Assembly (NCBI RefSeq): GCF_001194135.2
Contig: NC_068987.1
Location: 11,415,249 to 11,479,248, forward strand
From: Octopus bimaculoides
Taxonomy: Eukaryota
Direction: 5' to 3'
Length of the DNA stretch: 64,000 nt
Below, one piece after another: positions 10,194 through 21,333 of this stretch (positions are counted from its first letter, which is position 1; each line of letters opens with the position of its first letter). The notes under the pieces are model-generated. The model made no database searches. It saw only the letters and a list, made by a program, of their open reading frames with translations, and had not been told where the DNA came from. A program made the position numbers and the translations under genes.

Positions 10194-12659
10194 TTAAAGT
10201 GACATGAATTAAAACCTTCGATCAAAATTTCATATTAATTTAGGTTTAAAGCACCAACTTAATAATGACAAAATCATTTCACTAAATTCTTCACTATTTT
10301 CAAAATCAATTGAAACATAAACAGTGAATTTTAAAAAGAAGTATGGTAATAAATGGGATAAATATGAGCGCTTGAAAACTGAAGGGTTTTGTATCATAGA
10401 ATCAGGTGTGATCTCAGAGCGACTGCATTCAAAAGGACTCCATAAATATATAAAGGACCCTATGAATTACTCACTCAAGTAATCAGAAAAATATATTTTT
10501 GGAAACAACATCTCAGTCTTATAGTTATAAGAAAAGAATTTTTTTTCTTCAGTTTGCATGTGAAGGTTTTTGATTAGCGTTTTGTAGTAAATATTTGAAA
10601 TGGAGAGGGGCTTATAGATTTGAATAGAAATTGACATTTTTATTAGCAATAACTATTATTAAATTTGATCGGAAATACTGCGTTTTGCCTTCTAAGACAT
10701 TTGTATTTTATTTTCTCCTTTGTTTGACAAGTGTATAATTGCTTTTCACTTTAAAAACAATGCCTTATTAGAAAGGCTTCTATCTAAACTGCATCTTCAC
10801 TCTTTAATTTTTCATTAACCTCCACTCTTACAAATATTGGCAAAGCTATTTTTAAAAGCTTTATCACGTTTGCACTTTCCCAAGTAGAAACATGTTTTCG
10901 CATAATAACTTCATGAGTACTTATGGTCAAGATAATAAAAACATGTCATTTTTATTGAAAAATGTTAAAATTTCTGTGGAAAATTTTAATATTTATTTCT
11001 GTACTATATTAGGCTAGATAACTCAATGATAGGGGTGAAGGTGTGACGTGTTAACACATCAGTAGCGGGGAAATCTTATTGTAAATGACAGTAAAATAAA
11101 AAGATTTTTTTAAAATAGAAGAAAATTCACAGAATATTTAGACACTCTATCTATTTAAATCACCTGATATTAATTTGATTTTTTTCTTCTTCTTCTCTAT
11201 TTAATAAATGTATTAAAAAGCAATTATGCTAGAATTTCTTCTGGTGTTCTCTCCCTTGTGTATGTGATTGTTCTGCATAATAAAGAAGGCAAATTAGCAA
11301 GATTTAGAGTGCTCAAATGCATAGGCATTGACTGTGTGGTTAACAAGCTCACTTTGCAACCACATGGCCTTGGTTTCAGTCCCACTGTGCAGCACTCTCA
11401 GCAAGAGTCTTGTTATAAACCCTGAGCCAACCAATACTTTTGTGAGTGAATTTGGTAGATGGAAACTGTATGGAAGCCTGTCATGTATGTATCTTAGTGT
11501 TTGCATTTGTCCTCTCAGTACTTCAGAACTGGTGTTGGTTTATTTACGTTTCCATCTACTAAAGCCATTCACACAGCTGTGGCTGACCCAGGGGTATCAT
11601 AGAAAACACTTGCCATTCAGTGGGACTGAACCTGAAATCATGTGATTGGTAAGCAAACATCTTAGCACACAGCCACATCTCCACTTTACTTTGTCAACCC
11701 TTATAAACTTAAAAGAAAAAAAAGGAATGCACTTGATTATCCTTCCTGAAATAGAACATATGAGCTATACTAATGAAGTTCATTTATAAGATGATATCAG
11801 GAAACATCCAACTGTACATATCTAAAGCCATAAAAAAACTAAATAAGAAGTATTGTATTTGATGGCATGAAAAACACATGGTTATATTAGATACAACCCC
11901 ATTTCAGCAGTGCATTTTCAGAAAAAAATTTTCAGTGCTTTAAAGGATGTAATATAGGTCCCACTTAACCTATAGGTTCCAGGTTGAGTTTTCAAGACAC
12001 TTTTGGGCGCGAAAGAAAGTGCATCTTATGTACCACCAGATATAGTATCAATGTAGTCTTGATCATATTTGTCTCCACATTAGACAGGTGCTGTCGAATG
12101 AAGCTATGGAGATAAACTTGTGTCTTCCACGGATTGACTTTCCATTCAGTATTTTGTCTGCCGCTACGTTCTGAGTTCAAATTCCGCCGAGGTCGACTTT
12201 GCCTTTCATCCTTTCGGGGTCGATAAATTAAGTACCAGTTACGCACTGGGGTCGATATAATCAAATTAATCTGTTTGTCTGTCCTTGTTTGTCCCCTCTG
12301 TGTGTAGCCCCTTGTGGGCAGTAAAGAAATAAGATTGACTTTTCATTCAGTATTTGAAACAATTCACCTACCTACTTCACTAATTCGAAGTAAACAATGA
12401 ATTTCACAACTTATTGTTTTGAATTCTGCTTGGACTAAGGCTTGCTTCCATCATATTTTTAGCTAGTCTTCATATCCTTGCTGAAATGTTTCCAGAATGA
12501 CTAGGCTTCACCAAAACAATTATAGCTGCAAATTTTGTTCCTCTGCCGACAAAAATTGTCGCAAACGTATCATTCTATAGCCATTTCTTGCCACAAGATA
12601 TATATGATTAACAATGGTGTTTTATATGTATTTGCGTTCTATGTATGTGTGTATAAGAT

Positions 12660-12675
12660 ATGTGTTATGTGTATG

Positions 12676-12710
<35 letters not shown>

Positions 12711-12842
12711 GTGTACATGTAAATATGTGTATGTGTATATATGTATGTATATATATGTGTGCATGAACATATATGTATGTATATATGTGTATATATGTAT
12801 GTATATATATGTGTGCATGAACATATATGTATGTGTGTATGT
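12660..12842. repeat. (TA/TG) compound microsatellite with a duplicated gtgtgcatgaacatatatgtatg unit
   Basis: Direct reading. Confidence 0.9.
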
Positions 12843-14084
12843 AAGGAAGTAAGTAAAGATATTTGTTGCATTTACAGTCTAAATCCGTTATACACCATAT
12901 TGCCATGCTTCATGTTATTCTCCTCTTCCACATCACTCTCTTCATCATCAATAAAAGCAGCAGCAGCAGGTTTTATATTTGTTTGCCCTCACCAGCGCAA
13001 GTTAAACATATCTGAAATGTACACTAACCTACCCCCACTTCATAAACTTGTGCTGTTGCTGTTTTCCCTGAAACCATAACACTTAAATTTTACTTTACAT
13101 TAAACAAACACCAAAGCACTTTCAAAGATACATATAAATATATACACTACATATAAATTATGAATTACACTTTGAGGTTTGATTTTTCAAATTTTATAGA
13201 AACACTGGGTGGTGGGGGTGACTAGGGAAGTGTTTATTTTATCATAGGTTATTGTTTGTTTGCTTTGTTTTTTTTGTTTTTTGTTTTTTTTGTTTTTTGT
13301 TTTTTCTTTCTTTATTAAGCCATGGTTTTGGAAAATTTGGACATTTGCAGCGAACTTGTTGAAGAATTTATTGTTCTGACAACAGCTACCCATGAAGTCA
13401 TCACATCACTATCATCATCATCATCTTCATCATCATTTTAATGTTCGCTTACCCAAGCTTGTATGGGTCAGACAAAATTTACCGAGGTAGATCTTTACAG
13501 CTGGATGCCCTTCCTGTTAACAACCCTTACTGGTTTCCATTTCCCAGCTAGATATTTTTCCCATAGTCAGACATGTTTCTGCAGAATATTGGAAACAAAT
13601 GACATTTATATCATTATATGGTGTCAAGGCAAGGATACAATAACAGCACAGACTCAAACACGTGTGTGTGTGTGTGTGTGTGGATATATGAAGGCACTTG
13701 GCCTCGTGACTTATAGTGTTGATCTCAAGGTCATGGTTTCAGTTCCTAGATTGGGTGGCATGTTGTGTTGTTGGGTGAAATACTTCAACACCCATTGCTG
13801 TGCAATCATTTGGACACTTGACATGTGGTATACCGTGTAACTGTACAAGCAACTGAAGCTTTGTGATTGAATTTGGTAAGCAGAAGTTACTGCCGTGTGT
13901 GTATATGTCTGTGTATGTGCTTGTGCCCCTCCGAAAGAGAGAGAGAGAGGAATGAGCTAATTTATGACACGTCCATTTGATTAATATAAGCAAATCATTT
14001 GTGCAGGTTGTTCAAAGCCTGAATACTCATACGTCATCATGAACAGGAGATTCGATCAACCGCATGTGGACTGTTGGCAGTTTT

Positions 14085-14265
14085 TTTTTTACCTCCGTCT
14101 TCCTTTTGGACTTTCCTCTCCTGTTTCTGAAGAAGAGCTTTGTTCGAAATGTAAAACACCCTTTCTTTCCTTCTCTGAGCATCTTATTAATACTTTGCAT
14201 GTACCACATCCTTACGGTGTTGTTTTTTTCTTCTCCTTTTTTCTCCGTTTTTTTAAAATTAATTA
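14085..14265 (+). mobile_element. Second Penelope-like family fragment (hosts the 14122 hammerhead)
   Basis: Hammerhead motif plus downstream sequence similar to the reverse complement of 49585-49645. Confidence 0.5.
14122..14158 (+). ncRNA. Minimal type I hammerhead ribozyme motif within a Penelope-like fragment
   Basis: Stem I TGTTT/AAACA; core CTGAAGA plus an extra A; stem II GAGC-ttt-GTTC; GAAA; loop-less stem III (A-T-G-T); GUA cleavage triplet, cut after A14153. Confidence 0.65.
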
Positions 14266-16183
14266 TACACACACACATACATACAATGGGCTTCTTTCAG
14301 GGCCTGTAAGGGTCTACCAAAATCTGAAAACAAGCAAGGGTGTTTAGGACTGTACTTTGGTTATCAAAGGATTAGGATTTTTTAATTAGATATTTGGCTG
14401 ATGTTTCTAGCAAGTTAGGTGACCACATATAAGCTACCTCTGTTTACCTTACACATAAAAAAACATAGGTGGCAATATGATGTGTATTACATGTACACGA
14501 GTGAAACATCTGTTTCAAGAATTCATGCAAATTTGACAACCTATCTAAATAGAAAAAATGTCAACACAAGGGGGGAAAAAAAAACAAAAAAAAACGTGCG
14601 TTTGTGAGGGTCAGCAAGAGTTTTAAATTGATTAAATAACCCAGGTTTGGTGGAATAGTGACATTGTATCTGACTAGCTGTCAGTTCAATATCTTTTGTT
14701 ATATGGAAAGTCTAAGTTAACCTTCAAAAGGCAAAAGTTAGGACATTAACTTGGTAAAAGTCTGGCACTGAGTTAAAAACCAACCATTCTTTTACTATGG
14801 CTTTACTTACAAGCATCCCCACACACATATACACACAGCTGGGTGTATAAAATCAGTGAGATTGAACTGTTCATCTCATGTATGTTTAAGTCGATTTCGT
14901 ATCGTCTGTGAATATATAATAAATACAATAGCTTATAGCAACATTGTAGTGAAAGCTCTTATTCACCTCTTTTCAAAATTATTTCTAACCAACTGTGGTT
15001 AGTAAATTGAATTGCAGTACGCTTCAGAGATTTCATTTTCTTCCTAGTTTCCAATTATGAAACAGCAATAACTGTATTGCTGTAACCTGTCCAAGGTTTC
15101 ACCTCACACTGGGCGCCAGTATGCGAATTTAGATTTTAAACTATGACTCAGATTTGGCTCAATAGAACACTTGTGCAATTCCCGTTCCACTCTACTGATT
15201 CACACCTAACAGATCAGCAAAATGGAATCCCTATATTCCGCTCCTGTTCCCCCGCCACGACCATCACTTGCCACTTAGTTTTTCTAATACCGCTGCTGTT
15301 ACTGTTGTTGCAGTTGTTTAAATGGCTTTGTTAATCTAATCTGTTACCGTTATCTCTTCTAAGCGGTTATTATTACCTTTGGTTTATAATGTCTTGTTTG
15401 TTATACTCTGCGCGGAAACCCCAGTCGTTGAAAAATGAACAGCTGTGAAACAGTGATAGGAGAGGGTTATATTGGATAAATATTTATATGAAATTACAGT
15501 TCAGCATGTGTTGACAGCCACTGTTCCTATCGATCTATCCCCCCACCACCAGAACTGCTTGTTCAGCATAACATGTGCTTATGTATATGAGGTGTGTGTG
15601 TGTGTGTGTGTGGTACTTGCCCTAAGGTTTCAAGCCTGTTCCAGAAATCGTTGCACTGTATATTTTATAGTTTTTCAGATCAACACTGCATTTTTCGTGG
15701 AAGGAAATTTGGCCCTTATACCAAAGTTGACTGGTCATTTAGATGTGTTGAAAAGCTAGCCAATCTATATGGCCCCTTTGGTCTTTGTAAAGGAGAACAA
15801 TAAAGAGAATAATTACAAGATAGGGTTTTTTAAGTGCAGTTTTATAGGTGTTTTTACAGTCCCTTTGAGACATTCTCCAGCTTGTATGATAGGAATTTGA
15901 GAGAAATTCACCAGGAAAAATAAAGCATAAAAACTAGGATGGACTTGCTTGAAAGAAAATCAGTCAAGTGTTTTGAAGCATATCATGTTCATGTTGAAGG
16001 ACTGCTTTGTTTCCACTTAACTATTCTATTATAGTGTTAGATGATTCGGAGTAGTATTGCTATAAAACTTCTGTATACTATGTGTATTTATACTAATGAT
16101 TTTAGTCCACCATACTGGTTTCAAACTTGTTTTGTTCTCTCTCTTTCTCTGTGTTTTGATAATAATTTTATTGTTTCTTATAG

Positions 16184-16324
16184 TTTAGTAAACTCTCCAA
16201 TCCATCATACTCGCCCTTTCATTATTCATGTCACTAAGTTCCCTTTACCAATCTACTTGATTGATAATAAACTGTATTATATCCCCCCTGTTCACCTGGC
16301 CGGTGGTTGTGATGGTAGTAAACT
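16184..16324 (+). CDS. Candidate 141-nt cassette exon, phase 2-2 (LVNSPIHHTRPFIIHVTKFPLPIYLIDNKLYYIPPVHLAGGCDGSK)
   Basis: Acceptor ttattgtttcttatAG; donor ACT|GTGAGT at 16325; exactly one open frame; unique sequence; length divisible by 3. Peptide not recognised. Confidence 0.33.
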
Positions 16325-17717
16325 GTGAGTATAAAGAGTTCAAAAGTGAAATAAATTGGTTTGCTGCGAGAAACAAGACAAGTCCAATGTTTTGAGTAAT
16401 ACCTTTCATCATCAGAATTGCTCTTAGAATTATTGATTTTGCAGTTCTATTTTTGCTTAGCCCTTTTGATACCAAACCACTTGTAGCCCCCGTCAGGTTT
16501 TAAGATTCACACTTCCTGGTTTAACACTTAAGCATTTAAAATGGCCTTATCCAGCCCAAATATTCTCTGTTTTATGTTCAAACTGGCCGGATCGAACCTC
16601 TCACACCTATGCTACAATGTCATTTTAAGAATTAATCACATCATCAACATCTTGAAGCTTTGAGATAATGCATGATTAATTCAAATGAACGTGAATAAAT
16701 AAATTTCATTTAACAGAATAATCTGAATGCTAAAGGGTTAAAATGATCTAAATTTTTAAAACCTTCCACCAAATTTCATGTTAATGTTTTTTCTAAGTAC
16801 CTTCTTAAAAATTATTTCAGTAAATTCTCCATCATTTTCAAAATTAATTAATGCAAAGTGAGCAGCCAATTTTAACTGAAATATGGTAACAAAAAGATTA
16901 AGGTACTAACAACAGGCACTCCATTGGTTACGATGGTGAGCGTCGGAACAGCCTGCTCAGGGAGATTTGGCAGGACACAGAATATAACAAGGGTAGACCT
17001 TTGAAATACAGGTACAGATGACAAAATCACAATCATGGCAGATACTGGTGTCATGCAAATGGCACCCTTGCCAGTGGCATGTAAAAGCACCCATTGCACT
17101 CAGAGTGGTTGGTGTTAGGAAGGGCATCCAGCTGCAGAAGATCATGCCAAATCAGACTGGAGTCTGGTGCAGCCTTCCAGCCCCGGTCAAACTGTCCAAC
17201 CCATTAACAACAGACGTTAAATGATGATGATGATGATGGGTGGACTGAAGCAACATGAAATAAAGGGTCTTGATGTAGGACACAACATACTGCTGGAAAT
17301 TGAACTCGCGACCATATGATTGTGAACCGAATGCCCCTAACCACTAAACAACATGCCTTCACAATTAAGATACTACAGGACTTAGTAGAGAGGGTTGAGG
17401 TCTATAACTTGTGATTAATTTACATCTAGTTTGATCACCCCTCACACCAGGTCAAACATCACTCCATCAAATACTGACGGCATGAAAAAATAACCTTTTA
17501 CACATCGTAAAGTGTTTGACATTAGGAAGGGTATCCAGCCACAGAAATCCTGGCATAGCAGATATTGAAGCACAATACTCTCCTTGGGTCCATTCGATCC
17601 TGTTATAACATCCGACCCCTGCTAGCATGGAACGTGAACATTAAATGATGATGGCCGGTCAGTAAAATATACATCAATAATAAACAGGTCTTTAGTCAAC
17701 TCTCCAGATTGCCTTAA

Positions 17718-17940
17718 CCTTTTAGCATTCAAACCAGTCAAATATCCTGTCCAAATATTCTATTTGTTTTATGTTCAAGCTGGTTATCTCTGGCCTCTCA
17801 CACCTCCTCTACAATGTCATTTTAAAAATAACTAATCACATCATCAAAATCTCAAAGCTATGAGATAATGCTTGATTTATTAAAATTACTGTGAATAAGT
17901 AAGTATTACATTTGAATGAATAACCTGAATGTTGAAAGGG
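17718..17940. mobile_element. piggyBac-type MITE
   Basis: TTAA-CCTTTTAGCATT...AATGTTGAAAGGG-TTAA. Further family copies at about 16524-16737, 29290-29525, 38516-38738, 42521-42737, 54170-54597 (two copies), 57015-57233 and 62951-63127. Confidence 0.8.
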
Positions 17941-19011
17941 TTAAATGAAAGCACTTGTGTCAATTAAAAAAATTATTTGCATATCTGTTCCAGTTTTCAG
18001 CAGACTGAGTTCAAGTCTTGAAATGGGTACTGATTAAAATCTTGGCTACTAATGAGTTTATTATCATTATTAAAGTCTAATACTTTTAGTTGATTAAGCC
18101 AGTGTGTTTGTGTGCGAGCAAGTGGACCACACATCTGTTTAGAAAGCACCACAGGCTGGATATTGTGTTGGGGACATAGAAAATTTGATTGCAATTAGTT
18201 CACTAAATTTTGACTCAACGCCAGCAATTTTAGGAGAGGGGGTAAGTCAATTATATCAACCCCTAGTGCGTAACTGGTATTTCACGTAGTTTATCCTGAA
18301 AGCTCAAAGGCTAGCTCAACCTCGGCAGAATCTTAACTAAGAAGTTAAATATGAAGGAACCGCAGCTAAGCATTTTGTCTGGTGTGCTAATGATTCTGCC
18401 AGCTTACTTTCTTGTAGTCCACTAAATATATTATTGGCTGCACAGAAGTGCTGGTGTGTCTGAGTGGTTAAGAAGTTTGTTTCCCAACCACTGGGTTCCG
18501 AGTCCAGTTCCACTGTATAGCACCTTGAGCATATGTCTTCTACTATAACCCAGGGCTGATCAAGGCCTTGTGGATGAATTTCATTATCATCATCAACATT
18601 TAATATTTGTTTTCCATGCTGGCATGGGTTGGACAGCTTGACAGGAACTGGAAAGGCCTGGGACCACACCAGATTCCATAATCTGTTTTGGTTTGATTTT
18701 TACAGCTGGATGCCCTTCCTAATGCCAACCACTTGACAGAGTCTACTGGATGCTTTTTATGCGGCACCTCAGTTTTAGGATCTCAGTTNNNNNNNNNNNN
18801 NNNNNNNNNNNNGGGTCTTCTTGCATATAGCAATTTGGTGGATGGAAACTGAAAGAAGCTTATCAAATATATGTATGTTTGTGTCACCTTGTCTTGATAT
18901 TGCTTGATTGTTGTAAACCAGTGCTAGTGTCATTACAGGCATGTCATTCATTTCTAATCTTCTATGAAAACACATCTAGCCATGGGGGGAAATATTACCT
19001 TACTTGGAAAC

Positions 19012-19578
19012 ATGACTTTTAGAGGTCCCCTGCAACTTTTTATTTTGAGGCCCCATCCCTTCAATCAAAATTCATGGTCTATGCACCTTTTATTCATAGC
19101 TATACATTACTTTATTCTATCTGAAGTTCAATATTTCACATTATCCTAAAGAACATCTTTAAAAGTACAAGTTAAATTTACTTAAATCTATTACAAATTG
19201 CAATAAGTAAAACTTCCAGATATGAAAAAAAAAGAGCACTTTTATAATCCGGGCAACTTTCAAAGACAAACATGGTGCACCTTTCACTTTGTGAAATCAT
19301 CAATCGGTTCAGAATAATCAAGCTGAGGGCTAAGTTCATGTTCAATAGATATCATAGACGATCCACAAAGTCTGGTACACGTTCGTCATACAATGTAATA
19401 TTTTTTCAAGAACTTTTGCAGGTACAATGTATTACCATTTTCTTGAAATTTTCAGTTAACTTAGATTGTTTAATTCTTGTTCAACATCTTAACCAAAGTA
19501 AATAGATGACTCATCTACGTACTTAGATCTTAACATGGGGGGGTCCCTCGACTGCGGAGGCCCCCTGCGTGCGCCCTA
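19012..19578 (-). mobile_element. Deleted hAT transposon relic with a transposase C-terminal dimerisation-domain fragment
   Basis: Minus strand 19358-19287 translates SMISIEHELSPQLDYSEPIDDFTK, matching the hAT C-terminal pattern LSIExE...LD...IDDF. GC-rich end-like sequences at about 19020 and 19540; adjacent frames are broken. Confidence 0.65.
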
Positions 19579-20247
19579 GGTTTGAGAAACAGGAAGGACA
19601 TCCGTCCATGGCAGAAAATCTGCCTTTACCAATTCTGTCCAACTCGTGCAAGGATGAAAAAATAGACATTGAAACAATGACGATGATGACGCTAGAGATT
19701 TGATTATTACAACCAGAAAATTCTCTCCATCGAAGTTGTTCCTTAATATTCTAATGTATGACGAACATTTAACAATGATGGCATCATCTAACAAACCAGC
19801 TCAATATGTTGAACAGACCAAAACCTCTGCAATATTAATCATAAAGCCGTTGACAGCCAAGCAACCCCCGTCTCCCACTCTGCCAACACTTTTCAATGCA
19901 GCTCTTCAATTGGTTGTTGTCATAAATTCAATGATACATAGCGAGTTAACTCAAAATAATTAATGCCAATTATATTCACCGTTGATCCAACAGTTAACAT
20001 CTCCTTTGCATATGAAAAGTTTGGAGGGGGGGGCAGCGTTGTGTGTGTGTGTGGTGGGGTGATGTTTGAGGAGCTGATAACAATAACTGGAATGAATCAC
20101 CTGATAACAATTGGATTTTTCATAGAATCAATAGATTGCCAGCCGCAAATGACAATAGATCCTAACAGGACAGACAAAATACCTAACAGGCGGCTTATAA
20201 ACCAAATATAGATGGAAACAGTTGCTTTTAGAAAACCACTACTTCTC

Positions 20248-20285
<38 letters not shown>

Positions 20286-20976
20286 AACACACATACACAT
20301 GCAATTGTTTGAAATTATAAAAAATAAAAAAAAGTCTATTTTGTTAGTATAGATACTGCAGTGGTAGATTGGTTGGCAGAATTGTTAGAATGTGAAGAGC
20401 TAGTGCAAACCATTTTTTCCTGATGCTCTGAGTTCAAATCCTGCTGAGGTCAAATTTGCCCTTTTTTTTTTACCTTTCATCCCTCCCGGGAATACGATAA
20501 CTAGTACTGAGGTCGTTACAGTCAACTAAGCCCCTCCCCTCAAAACTACTTTGTGCCTGTGTCAGAAACACTAACAGGACATTAGAGAGTGGATGAGTTA
20601 ACTTATAAGCTAGTTCCTAGCGTGCTTCTACTGCCCCCCCCCTTATAAGATATTAAAATGTGGGGAGCATTAAGGGCACATTAAAGAATAATGAATGGTT
20701 AGTCCCCATTACTCACTGAAGAGCATAAGGCCCGGCTTCCTGGCTTGGTGATTATATTCCTCCCTGGATGGGACACTAGTCCATCCGCAAGATTTTTTTT
20801 TTTTACTAGCTGAGTGAACTGGAGCTACATGAAATAAGTATTTTGCTCAAGAAAACGCTTTGCCTGGTCCAGGAATTGAAAACACGATCTTATGATCACA
20901 AGTCCAACAGCCTAACCACTAAGCCACGTATCTCTACAAAGGAAGAATAAATACTTCACAGCATTCATTTCTATCT

Positions 20977-21140
20977 AGGCACAGGAGTGGCTGTGTGATA
21001 AGTAGCTTGCTTACCAACCACATGGTTCCAGGTTCATTCCCCACTGTGTGGCACCTTGGGCAAGTGTCTTCTACTATAGCCTCGGGCAGATCAAAGCCTT
21101 GTGATTGGATTTTGTAGACGGAAACTAAAAGAAGCCTGTC

Positions 21141-21172
<32 letters not shown>

Positions 21173-21333
21173 ATGTTAGTGTGTCTGTGTTTGTTCCCGT
21201 GACTTAGTGGTTCGGCAAAAGGGGCTGACAGAATAAGTATTAGGCTTACAAAGAATAAGTCCTGGGTCGATTTGTTCGACTACAGGTGGTGCTCCAGCAT
21301 GGCCACAGTCAAACTGACTGAAACAAATAAGAG
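20977..21333 (+). mobile_element. SINE family A
   Basis: Colinear with 4527-4910. Confidence 0.85.

Noticed and set aside
12535-13079. Several overlapping 60-112 aa ORFs rich in Y/I/H/T/C/V/M
   Set aside because: They are translations of (TA)/(TG) microsatellite. The same applies to the ORFs at 26145-27297, 33999-34489 and 55273-55537.
13320-13380. Several strong acceptors followed by CCATGGT (13320, about 25000, 34669), suggesting paralogous exons
   Set aside because: Similarity does not extend beyond 7-8 nt, the peptides are unrelated, and catggtt is common in local SINE decay.
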